From Eledone cirrhosa (Eukaryota): a stretch of DNA of 64,000 bases. Location of the stretch: assembly GCA_964016885.1 (NCBI GenBank), contig OZ024763.1, positions 9,920,001 to 9,984,000 on the forward strand, read 5' to 3'. Shown here one piece after another: positions 40,690 to 53,537 of this stretch (its first letter is position 1; every line of letters begins with the position of its first letter). The notes under the pieces were generated by a model. That model saw nothing but the letters and a program-made list of their open reading frames with translations. It was not told the DNA's origin and did no database searches. A program made the position numbers and the translations under genes.

Positions 40690-41730
40690 CAAATACTTGA
40701 AGCTGATTGAGAGAGTACTAAATTAATGTGCATAACAATGAACAAAGATGATGTTCGCACCAAAAATCTCCTTTATTCTTGCTTGAACTCCCTTCAAATG
40801 TCCAGCCATCACAGTCGCTCCCTCATAAGTTTGTGCAATTAATTTTTTACCACAATTGAATTCGTTAACACATTTCCAAACTTCTGTCAGCAATGTAGCT
40901 TTTCTATCTTTACTGATATCAACATATCCCCAAAACCTTTCTTGGGGCTTTTCCTTCTCATCAACAAATCACAAAACGCGTGATAATTGAGATTTAATTC
41001 GAAAATCCATAGTCTCATCAAACATAACAGCAACAAATGTCGATCATTGCCTTAATTTCACATTCAATTGTAATAGCTATACAATTAATGATCTCGTTTT
41101 GAATATCACTTGAAAGTCCAGAAAATGTGATCTTAAACTATCATCGTATTCCGCTACAGCTTCACATATAGCCAGAAAGTTACCCTTATTGTTTAATCCT
41201 TCTGTGTCATCGTGATCTCAAAATGATAATTCTTGACAGGCCAAAATTTCAACACAACGAATTAACCTTTTCAATATATCACGATTTTTCTCAACAGTTC
41301 TATTATGCAACTGAATCGAAGCTGCAGTGATCGATCTCTGTATTAATTTGTTGTCGACCAAAGGTTTTCAGAGCAATTACGGAATTCAGGTGGTTCTGAG
41401 ATTTTTGTGTCTTGTCAAAGTTGTAATCAAATTGTTCAAATCACAGTAGCTGGTAGTTGTCCATGTATTCCTAGGGTGATAAAATAACAGACATGGGAAA
41501 CCGAACAATTTGTTCAGAATCGGACATCCCTTCATCCACTCATATTGTTCATAATATTTGGAATCAAAATAACGACATTTCTTGCTACCCACTTTGGTTT
41601 TGATTTTCAGTTCAAGATTCAGTTTCTCTCTTCCTAGAATGATAATATTCTTCTTCTCTTCGAAGCTTCTTGTCGCAAAAGAACGAGAAAGTAGAGGGGA
41701 AACTGAGCTAATTGACTTTTTTGCCATCAT
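40690..41730 (-). mobile_element. hAT (ZMYM1/DUF4371-type) transposase relic
   Basis: W...CP....LFGFPCLLF TTF finger; N.GNFL, S.DIQNEII, FDET.D....QL, AQTYEGA.VMAG...GVQARIKE; frameshifted. Confidence 0.85.
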
Positions 41731-42143
41731 GTAGGTGAATGAAAATGTGAAAAATGTTACAGGGATATAATTTTTTTAATGAATCAAAACAAAAAAAATT
41801 TTTTTAATAGGCACATGTATGGAGGCACATGGCTTAGTGGTTAGAGCATTGGCCTTGCAATCGAAAGGTTGTGAGTTCAATTCTCAGACTGGGTGATGTG
41901 TTGTTTCTTTGAGCAAGACACTTTATTTCACATTGCTCCAGTTTACTCAGCTGTAGAAATGAGATGATAGGGACTGGGGTCCCTATTATTCCACTGCAAA
42001 GTGGTCGTGGAGGTGCCACGGCAAAAAAGCACCCAGCACTCACTGTAAATGAGGTTGGTGTTAGGAAGGGTATCCAGCTGTAGAAATCAAGCCAGAATCA
42101 GTTCCCGTCCCACCCTTGCAAGCAGGGAAAAGTGGACTGAAAA

Positions 42144-42207
<64 letters not shown>

Positions 42208-42661
42208 ATAATAATAAATTTCAAGACTAAAATCCAAAGCAGCGATTCTTTGCTTAAACTTTAATCTGTTATTTTAATAAATATATATATATGTGTAAAA
42301 GGTAAACAGAAATAACAACACAATCGGTACAGTATATGGAAGGTATATATTAGGTTAACCCTTGATATAGCAGAAAGAGGGTCTTAATGTTTCGAATGAG
42401 AAATAAGATAGATTGAAGGGACGGGGGGGTTGGAATTGGAAAAAATAACAGGTCCATTCCCATTCATGTTGACATATCTTGGAAAACTCATATATATATA
42501 TATATATAGGACAATCCGTCTAACCCATGCTAGCGTGGAAGAATGGACGTAAAACGGTGATGATGATGATTAGATAGTGAAATAGTACCTCCGTTGTATT
42601 TTTTGACTAAATAAATTATCCTAATAATTGGAGTTATAAAAATGCACAGAATGGAAAAATG

Positions 42662-43315
42662 AATGGCCATTGACGTACTTGGGAACCTAACCCACATCAG
42701 TGGCTACAATGGCCATTGACGTACTTGGGAACCTAACCCACATCACTGGCTACAATGGCCATTGACGTACTTGGGAACCTAACCCACATCAGTGGCTACA
42801 ATGGCCATTGACGTACTTGGGAACCTAACCCACATCACTGGCTACAATGGCCATTGACGTACTTGGGAACCTAACCCACATCACTGGCTACAATGGCCAT
42901 TGACGTACTTGGGAACCTAACCCACATCAGTGGCTACAATGGCCATTGACGTACTTGGGAACCTAACCCACATCACTGGCTACAATGACCATTGACGTAC
43001 TTGGGAACCTAACCCACATCAGTGGCTACAATGGCCAGTGACGTACTTGGGAACCTAACCCACATCACTGGCTACAATGGCCATTGACGTACTTGGGAAC
43101 CTAACCCACATCAGTGGCTACAATGGCCATTGACGTACTTGGGAACCTAACCCACCACAGTGGCTACAATGGCCATTGACGTACTTGGGAACCTAACCCA
43201 CATCACTGGCTACAATGGCCATTGACGTACTTGGGAACCTAACCCACATCAGTGGCTACAATGGCCATTGACGTACTTGGGAACCTAACCCACCACAGTG
43301 GCTACAATGGCCATT
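42662..43315. repeat. 46-bp minisatellite (~14 copies)
   Basis: aatggccattgacgtacttgggaacctaacccacatcagtggctac. Confidence 0.97.
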
Positions 43316-44340
43316 GTGTTACCATTACACCAATACGACACTCACACACATTTCATACTCTATGATTATATAACTTCAAATTGAATGGAAATTTGTGTGG
43401 GAGGGATCGTCCTGATGAGAACCAGTTAAGTTTAAAATGCATCGACGATTGTCCCCCTTGCTTCTGCTGGACACCACCAGAGGGCGTTAGCCCCGGTGTT
43501 TTTTGCATAGCTATGGCTTTCTAAATGTTTATCTATAAACATACCGTGTTTCTTTAGAAATACAAAATTTCTATACATATCTGTATACAGCTATGCCTGA
43601 AGCTAAATCCTAACTCTATTCATATATATAGTTATATAACATCATCATCATTTTACGTCCGCTTTTGTCTGCTTGCAAGGGTAGGACGGGTCTTTTTCAG
43701 CACAACATCTCTCCATTCATTGTGCTCTATAAATATATAGATAGATAGATATAGATATATATATATAGTAATAATAATATGGATGAGGTGTTAAAATTTG
43801 ATTACATTTATTGTGGTGTGACGTGCGTTTCATAATTGATCACCTCAAGATTCAATAAATGCATGTACTGGATGCGTTGCATAAATGGACCAGTCACCCC
43901 TGATATATCATCATCATCATCATCACTGTTTTACGTCTGTTCTTCCACGCTAGCATGGGTTAGACGGGTTGTCCTGTTGTGGGCAGTGTCTGGTCGGCTG
44001 ACCATGCCTTGCTCATACAGGAACTGATTTGGCTTGATTTCTACAGCTGGATGCCCTTCCTAACACCAACCTCATTTACAGTGAGTGCTGGGTGCTTTTC
44101 CGTGGCGCCTACACGTTCACTTTACAGTGTGGGCTGGGTGCTTTTTTGCCGTGGCACCTCCACGACCACTTTGCAGTGGGGGGTGTGGGGGCATATTGTC
44201 TATATGCTTATATATATATATATCTTGCAAGCAGGGAAAAGCGGACGTAAAATGATGATGATGATGATGATATATATATATATGTATGTGTGTGTGTGTG
44301 TGTCAAATAGAATAATGCAATAGTTTCCAGTTACACTTAC

Positions 44341-44527
44341 TCTGTAGTCATTAACAAAGGTACCGTTTAAACTAGAATCGTATATCTTGTAGACAATCTT
44401 GCCCTCCGCCAGCTGACAGATTTCAATCTTACAGTGCCACCGGGATATGAAGTTCTTAAAAGTGGAAGAATCAATCACGTAGTCATTGTGTGGATGACGG
44501 CCAAATGTCGTTTTACCATTTTTCAAC
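44341..44527 (-). CDS. FHA-domain protein exon 2 (FHA core)
   Basis: Polypyrimidine tract + cccAG|, |GTaagt; FGRH...ISRWH...DSSLNGTFVN = FHA GR, SRxH and NG motifs. Confidence 0.9.
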
Positions 44528-44589
44528 CTGGGTAGAAGGAGAAAAAGACATAGAAAACAGAATGAAAGAGGCAAAAATTCCTTAACGCA

Positions 44590-44870
44590 TACATACTGCA
44601 GAGAATATGAATTACTTAACACATACTGCAGAGAATATGAATTACTTAACACATACTGCAGAGAATATGAATTACTTAACACATACTGCAGACAATATGA
44701 ATTACTTAACACATACTGCTGAGAATATGAATTACTTAACACATACTGCAGACAATATGAATTACTTAACACATACTGCTGAGAATATGAATTACTTAAC
44801 ACATACTGCAGAGAATATGAATTACTTAACACATACTGCTGAGAATATGAATTACTTAACACATACTTAA
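44590..44870. repeat. 30-bp minisatellite
   Basis: acatactgcagagaatatgaattacttaac about 9 copies. Confidence 0.95.
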
Positions 44871-46953
44871 CACATAGATGAAGGTGCATGGCTTAGTGGT
44901 TAGAGCATTGGGCTTGCAATCGAAAGGTTGTGAGTTCAATTCTCAGACTGGGTGATGTGTTGTCTGTATGGCTCTGGTCCACACGCTCCATCTTTCTGTG
45001 TGATTTTCTTCGCCATTGAGCTAATGGTAGTTGGTCTGCCTCTCTCTGGCCTTGTAGGACAGGGGCTGCTAATGTCATGCGTATCTAAGTAATCCTTATC
45101 CTGTTTAAGGATAAGGATTACAGTGTCACACCAAACACACATACCATCACTAAACAAAATTATTAGCACATTAAACCAGTACATAAGCAGCTCATCATGC
45201 ACCTACCTGAGCTGCACATCCAACCCTTCAGCTACATAAACATATTCCTAAAGAGGCACCTACATCATTTTATGACAATGGCATTAAAGCCACTACACCT
45301 ACACTAGCTCTCCACTACAGAAATATCAATACATAATTGCATGTGAGTGTGTGAGTATGTGTATCATATATATGTGCATGGGTGTAAGTGTGTATGTGTA
45401 GTGAGGAGCAGATTTCAGGGTAAAGGAGTAAAAGGTGTGTGTGTAGTTGGTCTGTAACATTCATTTGTTTTTTAGTCTGCTCGATGACCACTCAAAGCTA
45501 GTAAGGAATGTGCCTGCTGCTAGTATTGGCCATCTCAAACTAGATGACCATTTGCAGCTAGTGAGGTGATTTCCATGCATTAGTTGTGTTAAACTACGCT
45601 AGGAAACAAATGTACATTAGACCGGGCAGTTGGGATGTTGGCAGGATGGTATATTTAGGTTGGACAAATTAGATTAGCCATTGTGGTGCATTCCTTTGCA
45701 TTCTATTATTGATAGGGAGCTTTAGACAAAACAGTGGTGGTTATTTTACTGTCCTGGCTTCTGCATTTGATGATGTGTTTGCAGAAGGAAGAGGAGTTGG
45801 TGTTAATATGTTCTTTATTTCAGAGATGTAATGGTCGAATAATGTTGCCAATGTAGAATTGGTTGCACGTGTCACATTCTAACCTGTATACCACGTAGGC
45901 AATAATTAGTGCTGCCGATAGGACAATTGGTTAGGGTGCATCCTAGAGTTATCTTCACTGAGGAGTTGTCTTGTGGATAGACATCTCCGCAGGGCAGATC
46001 CCAAGTGAGCCAGTTTGATATTGAGGCCCTCTCTCCTGATGGTTTTGCGTATAGCATTGGTAGTTTCTTCGCTGAGGTGTGGGATCTTGAGGAAACAACT
46101 ATTGTCTGCGTTGGTCCGGTCTCTGGGTCTGGGGTTTCACTGTGGAGTGAAGAAGGAAGCTGGGTAGCCATTGATCTTTAACACCTTGTGGAACTGTGTT
46201 GGCTTTATTCGTAACATCACTGCATCAATTGGTCCCTGCGGTAGCAATCGGTGTGGATTTCACTGCTTTCAGAGATTTTTTTCGTGTGTTATCAACGAAT
46301 AGGACCTTCAAAACAGCCGGAAACGACTAGATTTGCAGAAAAGTGGGCGTGAAAGGGGGCGAAAACACGACCGGAGATTTGCAGATCTACACATCTCTCA
46401 CGTTTGGTAAGAAATAATTATTTTCTTTTTTCCCCGGATTAGGGTTAGTTTTGGGGTATGTTACCTGAGAGGGGGTCCACGCCCCCCTCCGAAGTCGATT
46501 GCCAGAATCTTGGATGTTAGATAAGATGATAGAACACGAAAAAAACTATGAAAAAATGTTTTCCCACTAAAATCGAATGTGGTGTTCTTTAAATTTATCA
46601 TATATATATATTAACAATTTGACTTATTCTGCATTATCAGCGATTTCATGACGTAAACAGTCGATTACCTGGAAATTCTATATAATTAGTATATTATCCA
46701 ACACTATTATATATATAGTATTTATATTGACTCTATTATATATAGTATTTATATTGACTCTAAATTAGCAGAACATGCGAAATGAATCCAGCGAATCAAC
46801 AAAGAGAGGGGAAAAAATAATAAATAATCACGAATGAAAACTCGAAAAGAAAACATGATTTGGGGAGAAGGTAATAACAACGAAAGACAGATGAGAAAGA
46901 GAATGAAATACGTATTAGTAATAAATAGTATTAGTGTTAATGTAAATAGTTAC

Positions 46954-47036
46954 GTCATAAGAGGTGGACAAGTGGAGGCATCGATATTGCTGGGTCCAAT
47001 GTGGCGAAGTGTGAGAACGGAACCTTGTTCCAGCAT
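46954..47036 (-). CDS. FHA-domain protein (TCF19-like) exon 1
   Basis: ATG with in-frame upstream TAA; MLEQGSVLTLRHIGPSNIDASTCPPLM-ac|GTaact; phase 2 fits the next exon. Confidence 0.7.
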
Positions 47037-47593
47037 TTCAAAACACCACGCCGCATATGTTTACCATAAACACCACCTCAGTTTCGTACAAATAAAAACA
47101 CTGTATACCAATATACAGACAGGTAGACACTGTTTTTACTTGTAACAAACACTACTCTTTCTAATTTTATAAGCTTTATAAATTACATTGAATTATATAT
47201 CTGTATATATTTTAATCATAAAATAAATTGAAGTTTTGATAATAATAATTATTATTATTTTATTTATTGGCCACAATAACATTTGTTCGCATTGATGGGG
47301 AGGTCTCATTGTAACAAAAACTTGTGACAGAAATTATTTTTGAAAATAATAAAAATAATATAACTACCGAGTTAAAATAGTTTATTACATTCATCCTATG
47401 CATTATTTCAAAATAATTTAATTTCAACAATTTCATATATATAATTATTGAGACATGTTTTAAAAAATAGATATTTAGAAACTCAAGTAAAATGAATAAA
47501 TTTCTGTCCCAAATATTTGATATATGAAATTATTGAAGTTATATTATTTTGAAAAAGTGCATAGAATGAATGTAATAAATTATTTGTATGTAA

Positions 47594-47632
<39 letters not shown>

Positions 47633-47885
47633 AAAGTTTTATTTAAAATTGTTGGGTTACAACAAGTAAATATTTTATAACTGATATAAAGCACTCGACA
47701 AGTTTTTGGAGTAGATATAATTTAATGGTCGCTTATATTATGGTACGTCAAAATTATTTATAAAACTGTTTATATATTGTATTTTATCTGACGAAGGCAT
47801 GCCATATTTTTAATATGGTATCCCTGAAATATGTATAATGAAATAAATATGGTTTTATAAATATAGTTTCCATTTGTTTAATATC

Positions 47886-47961
<76 letters not shown>

Positions 47962-48004
47962 TGTTGTTTCGTAGAAATCAGAATAACTGTACGCTCCAAC
48001 TAGA
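47037..48004. promoter_or_regulatory. Putative bidirectional promoter region between FHA gene and TMEM222
   Basis: Divergent ATGs under 1 kb apart; TSSs not identifiable from sequence. Confidence 0.55.
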
Positions 48005-48213
48005 ATGGCGGAAGGTGTAAAAGTTCCTTGTGAAAATACGGCAATAAACAAATCTTTCTCAGAATCCAACCATTCGACTATAGCGGAAATAACTTGGTCA
48101 GATAAATCAACGATGCCGACAGTGAAGACCAGCCGTCGTAACAGCCTCCGGATAGACCTGCACAACAGCCGTTTCCCATATTGTATAGTTTGGACTCCGA
48201 TTCCTTGTCTGAC
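48005..48213 (+). CDS. TMEM222: Transmembrane protein 222 exon 1
   Basis: ATG...SRFPYCIVWTPIPCL-ac|GTaaat; RFPYC.VWTPIP is the DUF778/TMEM222 N-terminal motif. Confidence 0.92.
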
Positions 48214-49364
48214 GTAAATAGTTCTTCTCTGTTTATATATCCACCTGTCTATTTATATGTTTACGTGTTTATCTATATATCTACCTGTCTATTTATATGT
48301 TTACATATATATCCATTTATCTATATACTTACATATCTATATATCTACCTGTGTATACATCTATTTATATACAGATATGTCTATATATATATCTATGTCC
48401 ATAAACTTTATTCACAGTTGTATTAACATTACAAATTGCGCACAATTCTTTCAGAATGAAAATATAAACACAAATACAAACAAATATAATAAATACAATT
48501 AACTATTGCTTGGAACCTTACAAATATAATGCACCAAAATATATGACCAGAGCGAGGGAAAGAAAAAAAAAGAGCGGGGACACAAACGACCATCAGTTCA
48601 CCATTAAGTGCGACAATCGGCCGTACATGACAAGGGTCAACGGAATATTTTGAGGCAAGCCAATACACTCGCAACATTACCACGGGGGAAGGCGAGGCTA
48701 AGGCGCTGAAACAACCAGGCACCCTCATGTGCATCACCTGACACCTCTCTCTCGTTGATCAACCAAGTAGCGTTTCGTCTTCCAGCAGAAGTAGTTGGAC
48801 ATTATATAATTGATGGGCACGTCTTGACGTATGCCTAATTGATGACCATATTTTCATTAGCTTTTGGTTCTAAATATCTTTTAATAGTATAGCGTCCATT
48901 AGGTGATGGTGACAGGGTCAGCTGAATGGTACAACATAGGAGAACAAGACCATACAATGGCGATATATATACATTTAACGTTTGATATACTAGGGAAAGA
49001 TTTATAACGTTTTAGATGTTAGCTCTTCATCAGAAGATAGAATGAGTGATAAAAGAAGAAATAGAAAGATATACGAGAAAAATTATTTTTTTAATCATCA
49101 TCACCGTTTATCTTCTTTATTTCCACGCTAGCATGAGTTAGATTAGCTGCCCTGTTGTGAGACAAGCCTGATCAGATGACTGAGTCGCACATGCAGAACT
49201 GATTTTGGCTTGGTTTCTATGGCTGGATGCTTTTCCTAGCATCAAAAACATTTACAGAGTGAACTGGGTGCTTTCTGTTGTAACATCTACAGTACCACTT
49301 CACAGTGTGGCTGGTGTTCTTGCCTGATCTATAGGTGATCAAGTGGTTGTCAGGTGTTTTGAAG

Positions 49365-50145
49365 CCTGGATCCCTCATTTCTCACACCAAACTTGTAACC
49401 ACCGTGTATCCCATAGAAGCCATCACTGTGTTGCCTAATGTGTCAATTAAAGTCTCCTGCTATGAGAAGCAGTCTCTATTAAGGATTTGTAAAAAATCAT
49501 TTTTTAGTCAATCTGGTAGTCCTGAATGCAGCGCATATGCTGATATAATAGTCACGGTCACTCTATTTAGGACTGTAACGAATAATCCAGTTGTAATGGA
49601 TAAGTGAATAGATGGAATTGTTGGTATGATGGTTTCAATGCAAAGAATAATACCAGGATTGGGTTGTTACAATGTTTATTTTATTATAACAATATTCAAG
49701 TTGAACATTGAATGATAAAATCTATAACATGAAATATTCGTACAATAATTTGGTGGTTCTTCGAGCCACGTAAATACAAGTATCACAGAATACGATTATA
49801 ATATAATTTGTATTGTATCTGAAAGATACAATATGACAGACAGAAATGGTACGTATAAAAATGCAAGCAGCGTGAACTTACTATGTGTGTGTATGTGCGT
49901 ATTAGTATACTTTCTTGTCTTAGAAGTAGTAGGATTCAATCAGCCAGGCGGGAGTGGTGTGTGAGAAATTAGTGGACAGACTTGTTTTATTCGTGAAGGG
50001 AGCGTCGGTAAATACTTCCTGTCTTGTCTGTAGTCTCGCTTTTTCTGCCGGGCGTAAACAACTAACCACGGCTTGTCCCAGAGGCGGGAAAGCTCAGATT
50101 CGGTTTTGATTCTTCACCGCCATTATAGGACCATCCGGTACTACA
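49365..50145 (-). mobile_element. Possible LTR remnant with PBS
   Basis: TGTA...TACA termini (49394-50145); on the minus strand followed by TGGTGTGAGAAATGAGGGAT, resembling a tRNA-Leu PBS. Confidence 0.3.
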
Positions 50146-50429
50146 TCCTGTACTCGCTATGTACTGCAATTACATTATGTACCCATTTTTCTGCTAACAG
50201 AATACTTACTCCACTTAGCCCGTAATTATTTCCCACCCAGAAAAATCTGTAGCATTGTTCTTTACCAACAAGGAATCTAGCTGATCTTCCTCTCCACCTC
50301 TTGTACACAAAACAGATTTACTCTCTTTAATAAATTTAGTGGTGCACTAAAGGCACTTCTTCTAAAACAATTCAGTCACAAGTGAGTTCTAACTCACTGA
50401 GTAAACCAGCCTAGCCTAGCCTTAACAAA

Positions 50430-50580
50430 TCTATGGTAACCTACCCTACGGTAACCTACTCTATGGTAACCTACCCTACGGTAACCTACTCTAACCTACC
50501 CTATGGTAACCTAACCTATGGTAACCTATCTATGGTAACCTACCCTATAGTAACCTACACTATCGTAACCTACCCTATGA
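50430..50580. repeat. 15-bp tandem repeat
   Basis: ggtaacctaccctat units. Confidence 0.85.
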
Positions 50581-50878
50581 ACTACAGCAAATCATTGGTA
50601 TTACTATAATCTCTACGTTAAATAGACTTAACAAATATGAGATTCAGTAGGAAAGAATTGTGGTGGGCTGCTAGAGTTATGGTAAGTGGTGTACAACAAG
50701 TGTTAGGCAGGCAGTTTCACTGTTTACCCCTCAGTGGTAAAGGTTCTCATTTTATATTTGGTGGACAAGTCGACCTCTGGTTTTGGAGGGATATTTTTAG
50801 GCTCAAAATGTCAACTTGTATGCCAGTATTCACATATATAACATATATATATATATATTATATTTTTTCTCATTTCAG

Positions 50879-50963
50879 ATGGTTTTTTCCTATCATTGGT
50901 CACATGGGTATTGCTACATCAGCAGGGATCATCAGAGATTTTGCTGGACCTTACTTTGTTTCA
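50879..50963 (+). CDS. TMEM222: TMEM222 exon 2
   Basis: tttcAG|WFFPIIGHMGIATSAGIIRDFAGPYFVS|GTaagt. Confidence 0.95.
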
Positions 50964-51143
50964 GTAAGTATCAAATTATTATCATTATTATTGTTTTTTT
51001 CCCCTCTTCCTTCAGTATTGTTTCCATTGTATGCCGAATGTCTCCTGACACCTCGGGCAATACACTCACTGTATACATTGGTAAGCCAGTTAACACACCA
51101 TATTGATTATATTTACAGCTCAAAATATATATAGAGATATATT

Positions 51144-52507
51144 ATCATCATCACTGTTTAACGTCCATTTTCCATGTTGGCATGGGGTAGACAAGTTGTC
51201 CTGTTGTGAGCAATGCCAGGTCAGGTGACCATGTCTTGCTCATACAGATCTGATTTGGGTTTGGTTTCTACAGCTGGATGCCCTTCCTAGCGCCAACCTC
51301 ATTTATAGTGAGTGCTGGATGCTTTTTGTCATGTCGCCATCGTGACCTCTTTAGAGTGTGGGCTCGAGGCTTCACTGGATATATACTTCAGCTTGTCCTC
51401 ATGGGAGATGTATGGAAGTGGGAGGTGTGGGGTGGTACATACTATATATATGCTTCAGCTTGTACCCGTGGGAAGTTGGGTCTTCTATATTACTGCGTAA
51501 CACCAAAGATCTCGGCCCTGTGTCATCGCCTTTGAGAGGTGCAATTGTGCAAGGTCAACTTTTATCACCTCATCCTAAGACTTCCTGGGTCTCCTCATTC
51601 CACGGCTTCGATCCACTTTCAGCACTCTGCACCTTATTATACAGCTGTCATCCTTCATATGCATCACATCCGTGCCATCGCAATCTCCTCTCTGGCACAC
51701 AGCATCTGATCCTCTTATGCCTAGTTTCTCTCTCACTTCATTTATGCTTCGCTGTTCACATATATTACTATTACACATCCATCGGAGCATGCAAGCTTCG
51801 TTCCTTTCCAATCTACACAAGTCTTCTGCACCAGCACCCAGGTCTCATTACCATGCAACATTGCTGTTAATATGCATGCATCATACAGTCTGCCTTTCAT
51901 TTTGAGGGAAAAGCCTTTTGCAGCTAGCAGTGGTAGTAGCTCCCTGAACTTCTTCTATCTCGTTCTTTCTCTGGCTACTGTACTTTCAGAACACCCACCT
52001 CCGCTGCTAATTTGGTTACCCAGGTAACAGAAGCGGCCTTCTGTTTCTACAGAGCCGTCCCAGAATTTGGTAGTGCTTGTTTCCTGTGGCCGTTCACTGC
52101 TTACTGTCCTGGTGTAACTGTAAAGCCTACATTCTTAACTAAACTTCCTGAGATCCCACCACATCTCGTGTGTACTCATAGTTTGCATTTGGGGCAGAGG
52201 ATGGAATTTCTACTTACACCTTTCCTACATACTGAGCAAGGCCGTTTCCCTAAGGGGATCTGGGTTCTGTTTTCTCTTCTATTTACTAGGACCTTAGTCT
52301 TTGTCAGATTGACTTTAAGACCCTTTGTTTCTAGGCCATACTTCCATGTTTAGAGATTCTTTTCTAGTTCCACCATAGATTCCACTATGAATGTAAGATC
52401 ATTCGCGTACAGAAGTTCCCATGGGCATCTGGTCTTAAACTGCTCTCTTATAGCCTGTAGTACGATGATAAACAGGAGAGGGTTAAGAACAGAGCCCTGG
52501 TGGACGC
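51144..52507 (-). mobile_element. RTE family B-like degenerate copy
   Basis: GVHQGSVLNP, LYAND, ERNEACMLRWMC; same 3' module. Confidence 0.85.
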
Positions 52508-52703
52508 CAGTCACTACAACAGTAGTTATACTGTCCAGAGTCACTACAACAATAGTTACACTACCAGAGTCACTACAACAGTAGTTATACTACCCAGAGT
52601 CACTACAACAGTAGTTATACTACCCAGAGTCACTACAACAGTAGTTATACTACCCAGAGTCACTACAACAGTAGTTATACTACCCAGAGTCACTACAACA
52701 GTT
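52508..52703. repeat. 30-bp minisatellite
   Basis: agagtcactacaacagtagttatactaccc about 6 copies. Confidence 0.93.
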
Positions 52704-53505
52704 AGAATAACTTCCACCTTCTTTATTGTCTACAACTTATATAATTCCCATTTTACAACTTATATAATTCCCTTTCTTCTTCTTTCTCAGCCCCTTTGAT
52801 GTCTCCAAGACATTCAATACCTAGCATTATACTAGTTTTCTCTTCCCTGTTACCACAATGTCTGGTTTCCTGTCGAGAACCTCATAATTGCATTGAATTA
52901 TGACATTCCGTAGGAGTTTGTATTATTATTATTAATTCTATTTTCATTGCATGTTACTCCATTACCAAACAGGCTGAAAAATAACCCAGCATTTTGAAGA
53001 CAAGTAGAAGTGGAGTGGGGGGGGGGGGTGCTCGGTAACTCTTGAAAGGGGCCCTTTTCAGATACTGTCAGACAAAGTCAGCTGTGCCTGGGATTCAAAT
53101 CATTTCACTCTATTTTCAAAGGAACATTATAATACCATTTCAATACTGTTAGTCACCATTTATACATACATGCACTCATACACATATATACACACACAAA
53201 TATGCATGCACATACACACACATAGTTTCAAAGTCATGGTTCTGTAACTCTGGATAGCAAGAGTATATATTGTGATAAATTTATTCTGACTAGGTTTCAT
53301 TTTAATTTTTAATATCTGGCTCTTTACATTCTCAGTTCAAATTCTACCAAGGTCAACTTTGCCTTTTATTATTCCAGGGTCAATAAGATACAGTACCAGT
53401 GAAGTACTGGGGTTGATTTAATCAAATTTGCCCTCTCCCCAAATTTGCTGGCCCTGTACCTAAATTAGAAACCAAAATTAATTTTATTTAATATTTTATT
53501 TTCAG

Positions 53506-53537
53506 GAGGATGAAATGGCATTTGGAAACCCTACAAA
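53506..53537 (+). CDS. TMEM222: TMEM222 exon 3 (32 nt)
   Basis: tttcAG|EDEMAFGNPT-aa|GTaagg. Confidence 0.92.

Noticed and set aside
42662-43315. CRISPR-like array
   Set aside because: No variable spacers and no cas genes
44200-44889. 229-aa ORF as a single gene
   Set aside because: Only 44341-44527 is exon; the rest is a 30-bp minisatellite and intron
44965-45107. Extra FHA-gene exon after ccttaaacAG (minus)
   Set aside because: No donor before it runs into a SINE; exon 1 and exon 2 already join in phase
45600-46400. GC-richer segment with 99-aa ORF (45872-46171)
   Set aside because: No recognisable motif; possibly a decayed retroelement 5' end but unsupported
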